Assembly: GCA_017553165.1 (NCBI GenBank)
Contig: JAFZMY010000106.1
Span: forward strand, 1 to 37,564
Source of the DNA: Neisseriaceae bacterium
GTDB taxonomy: Bacteria > Pseudomonadota > Gammaproteobacteria > Burkholderiales > Neisseriaceae
DNA length: 37,564 bases
Reading direction: 5' to 3'
Both the position numbers and the translations under genes were made by a program. Numbering within the stretch: the first letter of the stretch is position 1; every line of letters begins with the position of its first letter. Positions 4,610 to 12,783 of this stretch are shown piece after piece. The notes beneath the pieces are model-generated. The model searched no databases. It was not told the DNA's origin and was given only the letters and a program-made list of their open reading frames with translations.

Positions 4610-5929
4610 TTACTGTAAAGATACTTCTACACGGCGTGCTTCTGCTTCTGCACCGGCATCAGTACTTTCAGGTTTTTTAAGGTCAATTACGTCTTCTGGA
4701 ATGCCTAATTCAAGCAAAGTTTTTTGGACTGACATTGCACGCTGTTTTGCTAATTCAGCATTTTGTGCAGCATCGCCAGATGCGTCATGGAAACCAGAAA
4801 TTACAACTTTTTTACCTTCGGCAACACCTGCAACAATAGCTGCGAGTGATTCGGCGGCATCAGCAGATAAATCTTGGCTACCAGATGCAAAGTAGAATTT
4901 AACCACGCCATCATCACCTACAACAACGCTGTTTTCATCAGCAGCAGGAGTTGCTGCTGTATCCTCAGCCGGTGTAACAGCTGGTGCTGGGTCTTTGCTG
5001 TGGTCAGATAAGCCCCATACGTATGCAGTTAAGATACGTAATTTGGCAGTATCATCACCATCAACCAAGAAGTTTTCCCATTTGGGCATTTCATTGGTAT
5101 GACCTTGTCTAATGGTATTTATGATGTCTTGTTCACCAGCTCCCCATAACCAAACATTGTCGGTTAAGTTAGGTGCTAAACCTGTTAAACCTTTACCGTC
5201 ATCTTGGTGGCAAGTAAAACAGATTTGATCATAAATTAGCTTACCTTTAGCTACACGGTCTTCAATGGCTTTGCTACGGAATGCTTCATTTTCATTCAAA
5301 GACAGTACGTAATGAGCAACATTACGAACTTCGTCTTCTGGGAATGGTTCTAAACCACCGTATGCAGGCATGCTACCAATACGACCGTAACGAATGGTCT
5401 CTTCGATTTCTTCTGGAGAACCACCCCATAACCAATCGTTATCAGTCAAGTTAGGGAAACCAATCGCACCTTTTGCATCAGAGCCATGGCACTGAATACA
5501 GTAAGTGTTGAATAGGTTTTGACCGATAACTTTTGCTTCTGAATCTTTTGCAATTTCTTCAATAGATTTATTAGCAAATTTGTTATAAATCGGTTGATAT
5601 TGTGCTTTTGCTTCTGCTACTTCATTCTCATAACGATTGGCACTTGTCCAACCTTTGAGACCTTTGAATGATGAAAAGCCTGGATATAGAGTTAAATAAG
5701 CTATACCGAAAACAACGGTAATAATAAACAGATAGAACCACCAACGGGGTAGGGGATTGTTGTATTCCTCAATTCCGTCCCATTCGTGTCCCATTGTTTC
5801 AACCTTGTCGCCTGTTCTTTTGGTTTTGTTTTGAGAAACTAACAGCCAAACCAAACCAATGAAACTGGCGATCACGATCACTGCTGTATAGATAGTCCAG
5901 AAATTACTGGTGAAATCTGATGTATTCAT
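4610..5929 (-). CDS. ccoP: cbb3-type cytochrome c oxidase subunit III (dihaem CcoP) with a C-terminal OmpA-like domain
   Basis: 439 aa. It has an N-terminal TM helix, the PLPRWW motif and two haem c sites (CIQCH, CFTCH). An Ala/Pro/Thr linker follows. The C-terminal ~100 aa fit the OmpA_C pattern (VKFYFASGSQDL...VVISGFHDASGD..QNAELAKQRAMSV...LGIPEDVI...RRVEV). It lies in ccoN-O-Q-P order. Confidence 0.9.
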   Translation of the reverse strand: MNTSDFTSNFWTIYTAVIVIASFIGLVWLLVSQNKTKRTGDKVETMGHEWDGIEEYNNPLPRWWFYLFIITVVFGIAYLTLYPGFSSFKGLKGWTSANRYENEVAEAKAQYQPIYNKFANKSIEEIAKDSEAKVIGQNLFNTYCIQCHGSDAKGAIGFPNLTDNDWLWGGSPEEIEETIRYGRIGSMPAYGGLEPFPEDEVRNVAHYVLSLNENEAFRSKAIEDRVAKGKLIYDQICFTCHQDDGKGLTGLAPNLTDNVWLWGAGEQDIINTIRQGHTNEMPKWENFLVDGDDTAKLRILTAYVWGLSDHSKDPAPAVTPAEDTAATPAADENSVVVGDDGVVKFYFASGSQDLSADAAESLAAIVAGVAEGKKVVISGFHDASGDAAQNAELAKQRAMSVQKTLLELGIPEDVIDLKKPESTDAGAEAEARRVEVSLQ

Positions 5930-6132
5930 TTATTCGCTCCGTTTTCATGAGAGTCTGATTGCTTCTGACTCGATGTATTTGCAATAGGAGTATCATCGTC
6001 ATCGACAATACCGCGAGCAATTTGGTCATATTCTGCTTTTGCACCTTTGCGATAAGCAATAAGTACAAAGGCAATGAACGCACCAAAACAAACTACTGTA
6101 AAAAGAGTTCGAGCCAGATCAATCATAATCAC
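5926..6132 (-). CDS. ccoQ: cbb3-type cytochrome oxidase subunit CcoQ (FixQ)
   Basis: 68-aa single-TM protein lying between ccoO and ccoP. It has a 4-nt ATGA overlap with the ccoP start. Confidence 0.75.
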   Translation of the reverse strand: MIMIDLARTLFTVVCFGAFIAFVLIAYRKGAKAEYDQIARGIVDDDDTPIANTSSQKQSDSHENGANK

Positions 6133-6144
6133 TTATCTCTTGGG

Positions 6145-6768
6145 TTAGTTCGCTTGGTTAGTTTCATCAGCCAAAGCATGACCTAAACTTTGCAAGTAAG
6201 CAATCATCGCGTCTAATTCGGTTTTATTAGACATCAACTCTTGGGCTGCTGCAAAATCCGCCTCGGTATATGGAACACCAACGATTTTTAAGGTCTTCAT
6301 ATGGCGAACTGTTGCATCAATATTTACTGGATTGCGTTTAAGCCAAGGGAATGCTGGCATCACTGATTCAGGTACAACTGAACGTGGATCGTCCATGTGT
6401 TGTTCGTGCCAAGTGTCGGAATAACGACCACCAACACGTGCTAAATCAGGACCAGTACGTTTGGAGCCCCATTGGAATGGGTGATCATAAACAGACTCAC
6501 CACCGACAGAGTAATGACCATAGCGTTCGGTTTCTGCACGGAACGGACGAATCATTTGTGAGTGGCAGTTGTAGCAGCCTTCACGAATGTAAATGTCGCG
6601 ACCTGCTAATTCCAAAGCGTTGTATGGTTTTAAACCAGGTGCTGGTTCGGTTACAGATTTAGAACCGAATAATGGCACCACTTCGATAAGTAAGCCTACA
6701 CTGATTAACAGAAAAATGAAAATAATCAAGAATGCTAACTTTTCTTCTGCAAGTTTTTGTAGTTCCAT
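6145..6768 (-). CDS. ccoO: cbb3-type cytochrome c oxidase subunit II (monohaem CcoO)
   Basis: 207 aa with an N-terminal TM helix and the CYNCH haem motif. It also has conserved [10 protein letters not shown] and RPF..E..RYG blocks. Confidence 0.93.
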   Translation of the reverse strand: MELQKLAEEKLAFLIIFIFLLISVGLLIEVVPLFGSKSVTEPAPGLKPYNALELAGRDIYIREGCYNCHSQMIRPFRAETERYGHYSVGGESVYDHPFQWGSKRTGPDLARVGGRYSDTWHEQHMDDPRSVVPESVMPAFPWLKRNPVNIDATVRHMKTLKIVGVPYTEADFAAAQELMSNKTELDAMIAYLQSLGHALADETNQAN

Positions 6769-6787
6769 AATTTAAGCCCGCCTTTCA

Positions 6788-8218
6788 TTAATGTTGAGTT
6801 TGCGAAGCAGTTGGAATAGGAGCGTCAACACACTCACCTGCACCAATGGTTTTTAAGGTGTTAATTAACATAACCACCATACCAGACAGGTATAACAAAC
6901 CACCCAACATGCGGATAACGAAGAACCAATGACTTTGTTTAACAGACTCAATGAAAGAGTAAGTTAAAGTGCCGTCAGGGTTCAAATCACGCCACATTAA
7001 ACCTTGCATTACACCAGCAATCCACATGGAAGCAATGTATAACACAACGCCGATGGTGGCAATCCAGAAGTGTAATTCTACTAATTTGGTAGAGTACATT
7101 TCTTTGCGACCAAACAAGCGAGGAATTAAGTAGTACATAGACCCCATAGTTACAAAGCCAACCCAGCCTAATGCACCAGAGTGTACGTGACCCACGGTCC
7201 AGTCAGTGTAGTGGCTCAATGCGTTCACTGATTTAACAGACATCATTGGACCTTCAAAGGTACTCATACCGTAGAAAGACAAAGATACAATCAAGAATTT
7301 CAAAATAGGATCGGTACGCAGTTTATGCCATGCACCAGATAAGGTCATAATACCGTTAATCATACCACCCCAAGATGGAGCCAATAAAATCAAAGAGAAC
7401 ACCATGCCCAAAGATTGTGTCCAGTCAGGCAATGCGGTGTAGTGTAAGTGGTGAGGACCTGCCCACATATAAGTGAAAATCAAAGCCCAGAAGTGAACCA
7501 CTGATAAACGGTAAGAATAAACAGGACGACCTGCTTGTTTTGGCACGAAGTAGTACATCATACCCAAGAAGGCTGCGGTCAAGAAGAAACCTACAGCATT
7601 ATGACCATACCACCATTGAACCATGGCATCAATCGCACCTGCATATACAGGATAAGATGTGGTGAAATCAGATGGAACCGCAATGTTATTTACAATGTGT
7701 AACAGTGCTACTGCAAGAATAAATGCAGCGTAGAACCAGTTAGCCACATAAATGTGTTTTACCTTGCGGATTGCTAATGTACCGAAGAATACGATTGCAT
7801 AAGCCACCCAAACCACAGTTAATAACAAGTCTGCCCACCAAGGTAATTCGGCGTACTCTTTACCTTGTGTAATCCCTAATGGGTAACATATAGCGGCAGA
7901 AAGAATCACTAACTGGAAGCCCCAGAAAGTGAACATTGCCAACGGTCCTGCGAAGAGGCGTGTGTTACAAGTGCGTTGCACCACGTAATACGATGTTGCG
8001 AACAATGCACAACCGCCAAATGCAAAGATGACGGCATTAGTATGTAAAGGGCGTAGTCGTCCAAAATGAAACCACGGACCAATGTCCGTTAAGTTTAATG
8101 CTGGGAATGCAAGCTGAGCTGCAATCAGCACCCCAACCAACATGCCGACAATACCCCAAACTACGGTCATAACGGCGAACATCCGTATTACCTTGTAGTT
8201 GTAAGTTTGCGTTTCCAT
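6788..8218 (-). CDS. ccoN: cbb3-type cytochrome c oxidase subunit I (CcoN)
   Basis: 476-aa polytopic haem-copper oxidase subunit, with conserved His ligands in [19 protein letters not shown] and [13 protein letters not shown]. Confidence 0.95.
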   Translation of the reverse strand: METQTYNYKVIRMFAVMTVVWGIVGMLVGVLIAAQLAFPALNLTDIGPWFHFGRLRPLHTNAVIFAFGGCALFATSYYVVQRTCNTRLFAGPLAMFTFWGFQLVILSAAICYPLGITQGKEYAELPWWADLLLTVVWVAYAIVFFGTLAIRKVKHIYVANWFYAAFILAVALLHIVNNIAVPSDFTTSYPVYAGAIDAMVQWWYGHNAVGFFLTAAFLGMMYYFVPKQAGRPVYSYRLSVVHFWALIFTYMWAGPHHLHYTALPDWTQSLGMVFSLILLAPSWGGMINGIMTLSGAWHKLRTDPILKFLIVSLSFYGMSTFEGPMMSVKSVNALSHYTDWTVGHVHSGALGWVGFVTMGSMYYLIPRLFGRKEMYSTKLVELHFWIATIGVVLYIASMWIAGVMQGLMWRDLNPDGTLTYSFIESVKQSHWFFVIRMLGGLLYLSGMVVMLINTLKTIGAGECVDAPIPTASQTQH

Positions 8219-8330
8219 AAAAAAATCTCCATAAATTATGGGGGTTAAATATTAAGCATTTCGCATTCCAACCTATAAACACGAATGCTCATCTGTTTAG
8301 GATATATTTGATTATTAAATACACCACGTT

Positions 8331-8344
8331 ATGATTTTCATCAC
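8331..8344 (-). promoter_or_regulatory. weak FNR/CRP-type box upstream of ccoN
   Basis: ATGAT-TTTC-ATCAC matches TTGAT-N4-ATCAA at 8/10 positions, with symmetric outer mismatches. It is centred ~120 nt upstream of the ccoN ATG, and an AT-rich -10-like stretch lies ~30 nt downstream on the minus strand. The box sits in the loop of a 7-bp inverted repeat ACCACGT/ACGTGGT (8323-8349). Confidence 0.25.
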
Positions 8345-8462
8345 GTGGTATATTTTATAACAAACTATATCCACAAACCAACAGAAACCTTCAAGTGAGA
8401 TAGAAAAGTTCTGGTGGATTGCAATGTGCTATCAAGGTTATAGAAATTGGCTTTATTTTATT

Positions 8463-8489
8463 TTGACAAATATCAAATAAATTTAGAAT
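8463..8489 (+). promoter_or_regulatory. possible promoter of the M61 peptidase gene (the site also resembles an FNR box)
   Basis: TTGACA (8463-8468), a 15-nt spacer, then TAGAAT (8484-8489); the spacing is suboptimal. The same site reads TTGAC-AAAT-ATCAA, a 9/10 match to the FNR consensus. Confidence 0.3.
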
Positions 8490-8526
8490 ATACTTTTCAT
8501 ATTTCTTTATATAAAAGGCTTTGACG

Positions 8527-10251
8527 ATGATTTACTACCGTATAACACCTGTTTCATTGGATAGACATGTTTTGCGTGTAACAATTTGTTTTAAAAATGA
8601 AAGATTGGAAAAACAGGCATTGTTTATGCCGAACTGGACTCCCGGAAGTTATATGATTCGTGATTTTTCTCGGCATATATTGAGAATTTCGGCAAAATGT
8701 CAAAATGTATCGCAAGAGATACAGCAGATTAAGAAAAATGTTTGGCAACTTCCTGCATTAATCGGTGATTGGGAGGTTGAGTATGATATTTATGCGTTTG
8801 ATTTGTCGCCTCGTGGTGCTTTTGTAGATGATAAACGTGCTTTTTTTGATGGTGCGGCTGTATGGTTGGCAGTTGTTGGGCGAGAAAATGAGAATTGTAA
8901 TGTAGAGTTTAGTCTGCCGGAAAGCTGGTCTGTTGCTACTTCTTTGAGAGAAGTTTCGCAAAATGTATTTTTTACAGAAAATTATGCCGATTTGCTTGAT
9001 GCTCCGATGTCTGCCGGAAACTTGAAGATTTTATCGTTTAGTGTAAAAGATATTTTGCATCGTGTTGTTTTAATTGATGAATGTGATTATTTAGATGATA
9101 AGCGTTTATGTGAAGATGTGGGGCTTATTTGTAAAAAACAGATAGAATTATTTGGTTGTGCTCCTTTTGATAATTATACTTTTTTATTGCATGTTACATT
9201 TGATGGATATGGTGGTTTGGAGCATTTATCTTCTTCGTCTTTGATAACTTCTCGTAAATGTTTGCCTTCAATTCGTAATTGTAATAATCGTGATGATTAT
9301 GTTAATTTGTTGGGTTTGTTTAGTCATGAGTATTTTCATGCTTGGAATATTAAATCAATTAAGCCTGATGTTTTTCAACATTATGATTTACAAGAAGAAG
9401 TTTATACAAATCAATTATGGGCATTTGAGGGTATTACTTCTTATTATGATGATTTAATGTTATTGCGTTCTGGGGTAATAAGTTTAGAGGAATATTTAAA
9501 ATTAATATTAAAAACGATAGATAATGTATCTCATCAGTATGGGCGTAAATTGCAGTCAGTCGCTCAATCAAGTTTTAATGCTTGGACGAAATTTTATAAA
9601 TCTAATGAGAATAGTCATAATTCTATAATTAGTTATTATCAAAAGGGTGCGTTGGTGGCGTTGTGTTTAGATGATTTATTGCGTTCTCATTCTGATGATA
9701 AATATTCTTTGGACGATGTAATGCGTGGTTTGTATAACTCTCATCAGCAGGTTAGTGATGATGATTGGCAGCGTGTTGCAGAAGAGTTAGTTGGTGGTGA
9801 TTTGTCTGATTTTTTCCGGCAGTATGTGTATGGTACGCAAGAGTTGCCATTGATAGATGTGTGTAAAAATCGTGGTATTGTGCTGGATTTTCTATCAGTG
9901 GATAAACCAGATTTGGTAGATGAGTTTCCAAGTGAAACGCATAAATTGTTTTTTGGTGCTACTTGTGAGGATTGCGGTTTTGGCAAGAAAATTAAAAAAA
10001 TAAATTATGATTCTATTGCTGATGCGGCACAACTTGCTGTGGGTGATGTGATTGTGGCGATTAATGGGTTTGGGGTAAGCGAGTTCGATTATGTGTGGCA
10101 GCAGTTGCGTTGCTCTGATACGCTTGAAATTCATTATCTGCGGAATAATCGTTTGGGTGTAACTTCATTGGTAGTTGAAGATTGCAAAGTTTTTCACGCA
10201 GTGTTTAAGATTGAAAATCGCAAGTTATTGTGTAAGAGATTCGGAGTTTGA
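8527..10251 (+). CDS. M61 family (glycyl aminopeptidase-like) metallopeptidase with a C-terminal PDZ domain
   Basis: It has the zinc motif FSHEYFHAWN and a downstream EG(I/F)TSYY block. A PDZ-like segment (GDVIVAINGF) lies near the C-terminus. The ORF-track start at 8521 is TTG. The ATG at 8527 has an AAGG 9 nt upstream. Confidence 0.85.
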   Translation: MIYYRITPVSLDRHVLRVTICFKNERLEKQALFMPNWTPGSYMIRDFSRHILRISAKCQNVSQEIQQIKKNVWQLPALIGDWEVEYDIYAFDLSPRGAFVDDKRAFFDGAAVWLAVVGRENENCNVEFSLPESWSVATSLREVSQNVFFTENYADLLDAPMSAGNLKILSFSVKDILHRVVLIDECDYLDDKRLCEDVGLICKKQIELFGCAPFDNYTFLLHVTFDGYGGLEHLSSSSLITSRKCLPSIRNCNNRDDYVNLLGLFSHEYFHAWNIKSIKPDVFQHYDLQEEVYTNQLWAFEGITSYYDDLMLLRSGVISLEEYLKLILKTIDNVSHQYGRKLQSVAQSSFNAWTKFYKSNENSHNSIISYYQKGALVALCLDDLLRSHSDDKYSLDDVMRGLYNSHQQVSDDDWQRVAEELVGGDLSDFFRQYVYGTQELPLIDVCKNRGIVLDFLSVDKPDLVDEFPSETHKLFFGATCEDCGFGKKIKKINYDSIADAAQLAVGDVIVAINGFGVSEFDYVWQQLRCSDTLEIHYLRNNRLGVTSLVVEDCKVFHAVFKIENRKLLCKRFGV

Positions 10252-10272
10252 TTTTTTTAATATGTTTCTAAT

Positions 10273-10312
10273 AAGTCTGCCGGAAAGTATATAATTACTT
10301 TCCGGCAGACTT
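10273..10312 (+). terminator. terminator built from an inverted pair of the uptake-sequence-like 13-mer
   Basis: AAGTCTGCCGGAAAGT (10273-10288) pairs with ACTTTCCGGCAGACTT (10297-10312), giving a perfect 16-bp stem and an 8-nt loop. TTTTG follows. It starts 22 nt after the peptidase stop. Confidence 0.8.
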
Positions 10313-10354
10313 TTGCTTATATGTAATATATTGATCATTATGTTTTCCGGTAGA

Positions 10355-10505
10355 CTGAAACCTTTGCAAAATTAGCATCTGTGGCACACTTCATACGTTT
10401 GCGTTGCTTTTCAACGACAAGCCTTTCTACTTGTTATGTCTTCGTTTGCTGTGTTACTACAACTTTGAAATCTGCCCACATCTACTAATTTTGCAAAGGT
10501 TTCAG
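10355..10505. mobile_element. MITE copy A (~150 bp, non-coding, TIRs related to the IS5 element)
   Basis: Perfect 21-bp terminal inverted repeats: CTGAAACCTTTGCAAAATTAG (10355-10375) and CTAATTTTGCAAAGGTTTCAG (10485-10505). The interior is colinear and clearly homologous with copy B at 33305-33452. The TIR core GAAACYYYTGCAAAA matches the IS ends at 2980 and 4308. Confidence 0.7.
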
Positions 10506-10508
10506 ATT

Positions 10509-11024
10509 TTATTTATCTTGTTGTCTATCTTTAAGGATTTTTTCATAAACTGCTTGTGGTACATAGCGGCGTACAATTTCTTGCCAGTTATTAGGTCCGA
10601 TTAGTCCTTTTACCATGGTGGACGATACTTCGGCAAATTCACGTGGTGGCATTAGGAAGATGGTGGAAATTTCATTACGTAAATCCGCATTGATATGACG
10701 CATAGAGCGTTCAAATTCGTAATCGCCAACGGTGCGAATGCCTCTGACAATATATTTCGCCTGCATGGCATCAGCATATTCGACTAAAAAACGATTTTCC
10801 ATGGAGGTTACAGTTACCCCATCAAATTCGCGTACGATTTCTTGTAACATTGAAACTCGTTCTTTTACTGAATAGGTGCAGTGTTTTTCTGGATTATCAC
10901 CAACGGCTACAATTAGTTCATCAAATAGAGATTGTGCAGTACGAATCATCCATAAATGCCCGTTAGTAGGTGGGTCAAAACTACCTGCATAAACTGCACG
11001 GCGAATATTTGGCTTTGCATTCAT
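10509..11024 (-). CDS. coaD: phosphopantetheine adenylyltransferase
   Basis: It has the [18 protein letters not shown] motif (nucleotidyltransferase H/TxGH) and is ~170 aa. The ORF-track start at 11045 is TTG, so the ATG at 11024 is preferred. Confidence 0.9.
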   Translation of the reverse strand: MNAKPNIRRAVYAGSFDPPTNGHLWMIRTAQSLFDELIVAVGDNPEKHCTYSVKERVSMLQEIVREFDGVTVTSMENRFLVEYADAMQAKYIVRGIRTVGDYEFERSMRHINADLRNEISTIFLMPPREFAEVSSTMVKGLIGPNNWQEIVRRYVPQAVYEKILKDRQQDK

Positions 11025-11091
11025 TGTTAATAATCCATTAGGCAAGAAATGCGAGAGTATAACCGAAAAAGTTATGATTGATTCTATTTAG

Positions 11092-11904
11092 TTATTTGCT
11101 GATGCAATAAATCAATAACAAAATTCCAGCTATAATGCGATACCAACCCCATGGTTTGAAGCCAAAGCGTTTAATCATATCGATAAAAAACTTAATTGCA
11201 AGAATGGCAACAATTAAGGCAACAAGATTGCCAATGAGAAAGTGTTTGATATTTTCTGGCGATGACAAGATGAGTTGATAACCTTTTTGAGTTATACCAT
11301 TTTCACCCCAATTTTTAAGAAATAGGGAATAACATGTGGCAGCAGTCATGGTGGGTACGGCTAAAAAGAATGAAAATTCCGCAGCTGCTTCGCGACTTAA
11401 TCCTTGCTGCATACCACCAATAATCGAAGCCGCTGAACGACTTGTACCTGGCATCATAGCTAAACATTGCCAAAACCCAATTGTAATTGCTTGTTTTATT
11501 GAAATATCTTTTTCGCAAAGTGTTGTAGGATTGTTAAAGAATTTATCAATAAATAATAAAATAATTCCGCCTATTACTAATACTATGGCAATTGGAATGG
11601 GTTTTTCCAAAATAGTGTCGATAATGTTGCCAAATAAAAAACCTAATATCAACGCTGGAATAACTGCAAATATTAATTTGTAATAGAAAGTCAAATTTTT
11701 GAAATTAAAGAATTTTTTATAATATAAAAATACAACTGCCAAAATTGCACCAAATTGAATTGCAATTTCAAATAATTTCACAAAATCACTATTGGCTACA
11801 TTGAGTAATTCGGCAGTAAAAATCATGTGTGCCGTTGATGAAATGGGTAGGTATTCTGTTAAGCCTTCAATAATGGCGATGATAATAGTTTGAAGTAAAT
11901 TCAT
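11092..11904 (-). CDS. uppP: undecaprenyl-diphosphate phosphatase
   Basis: It has the EGLTEYLPISSTAHM motif and a PGTSRSAASI block, and is polytopic. The upstream extension to 11973 overlaps the secB terminator, so the ATG at 11904 is preferred. Confidence 0.9.
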   Translation of the reverse strand: MNLLQTIIIAIIEGLTEYLPISSTAHMIFTAELLNVANSDFVKLFEIAIQFGAILAVVFLYYKKFFNFKNLTFYYKLIFAVIPALILGFLFGNIIDTILEKPIPIAIVLVIGGIILLFIDKFFNNPTTLCEKDISIKQAITIGFWQCLAMMPGTSRSAASIIGGMQQGLSREAAAEFSFFLAVPTMTAATCYSLFLKNWGENGITQKGYQLILSSPENIKHFLIGNLVALIVAILAIKFFIDMIKRFGFKPWGWYRIIAGILLLIYCISK

Positions 11905-11930
11905 ATTAAAAATATTCAGTTGTTGAAAAC

Positions 11931-11966
11931 AACACAAACAGCCTATCGTAACAGGCTGTTTGTGTT
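11931..11966 (-). terminator. rho-independent terminator after secB
   Basis: AACACAAACAGCCT pairs with AGGCTGTTTGTGTT, giving a 14-bp stem and an 8-nt loop. GTTTTC follows on the minus strand. Confidence 0.7.
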
Positions 11967-11985
11967 TGTACACAAGATATTTGAT

Positions 11986-12462
11986 TTATTTAGACTCTTG
12001 TTCAGCTTTTGCTTGTTGCTGTTGTTGATACATAGCTTCGAAGTTCAAAGGATTTAAGTACACAGGTTGGAATCCACCGCGTACGATTAAATCGCTAATA
12101 GCTTCACGTGCAAATGGGAACAAGATGTTTGGACAAGTAATGTTCAAAATCAATTCTTTTTCTTGTTCAGAGAAGTTTTGTACCAAGAAAATACCGCTAC
12201 TAACTACTTCTGCTAAAAATAGTACTTTGTTTTCAGGCAGATTAGCTGTAATGGTGATGGTGATTGATACATCATAAAAGTCTTTTTCTAATGCACGATT
12301 GCCAATGCCGATTTTAATATCCATTTCCGGTGCTACTTGACTGCGGAAAACTTCTGGTGCATTAGGAATTTCTAATGAGGCATTTTTAACGTATATTTTT
12401 TCAATATTAAATGCTTGACTGTTGTTTGCTTCTGCTGCTGTGTTTTCAGGTTGTTCGCTCAT
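11986..12462 (-). CDS. secB: protein-export chaperone SecB
   Basis: 158 aa with the FNIEKIYVKNASLE...P start block and an acidic/Gln-rich tail. It sits in the conserved grxC-secB arrangement. Confidence 0.9.
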   Translation of the reverse strand: MSEQPENTAAEANNSQAFNIEKIYVKNASLEIPNAPEVFRSQVAPEMDIKIGIGNRALEKDFYDVSITITITANLPENKVLFLAEVVSSGIFLVQNFSEQEKELILNITCPNILFPFAREAISDLIVRGGFQPVYLNPLNFEAMYQQQQQAKAEQESK

Positions 12463-12501
12463 TGCGTATCCTTTCGAAGGTAAATAAATTAATAATCAGG
12501 T

Positions 12502-12759
12502 TTACTGCGTTAATAACGCATCTAACTTTCCATTGCGGTTAAGTGCATTTAAGTCATCAAAACCGCCAACATGTGTTTCTCCGATAAAAATTTGGGGGAC
12601 GGTACGCCGTCCGGTAATGTTAATCATTTCTTCGCGTGAGTTTGGTATTTTATCAATGCGAATTTCTTCCCAAGTGTTTATGCCTTTTGTTTGCAATAGT
12701 CTTTTTGCCATATTGCAATATGGGCAGTAGCCTGATGTGTATATTTTGATTGATGCCAT
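12502..12759 (-). CDS. grxC: glutaredoxin 3
   Basis: It has the CPYC active site, TVPQIFI and GG.DD motifs, and is ~85 aa. The ORF-track start at 12777 is TTG, and an ATG lies at 12759. Confidence 0.9.
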   Translation of the reverse strand: MASIKIYTSGYCPYCNMAKRLLQTKGINTWEEIRIDKIPNSREEMINITGRRTVPQIFIGETHVGGFDDLNALNRNGKLDALLTQ

Positions 12760-12783
12760 TTTTTTTGTTTTCTTCAAATTAAG

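Noticed and set aside
8037-8282. 81-aa minus-strand ORF overlapping the 5' end of ccoN, and similar short ORFs overlapping housekeeping genes (e.g. 16765..17070, 17196..17558, 18153..18620, 20861..21154)
   Set aside because: These are out-of-frame or antisense overlaps with confidently identified conserved genes. They have no independent coding signal.
8463-8476. TTGACAAATATCAA as the FNR site controlling ccoN
   Set aside because: It is ~250 nt from the ccoN start, and it coincides with a perfect TTGACA -35 hexamer oriented toward the divergent peptidase gene. It is kept only as a low-confidence alternative.
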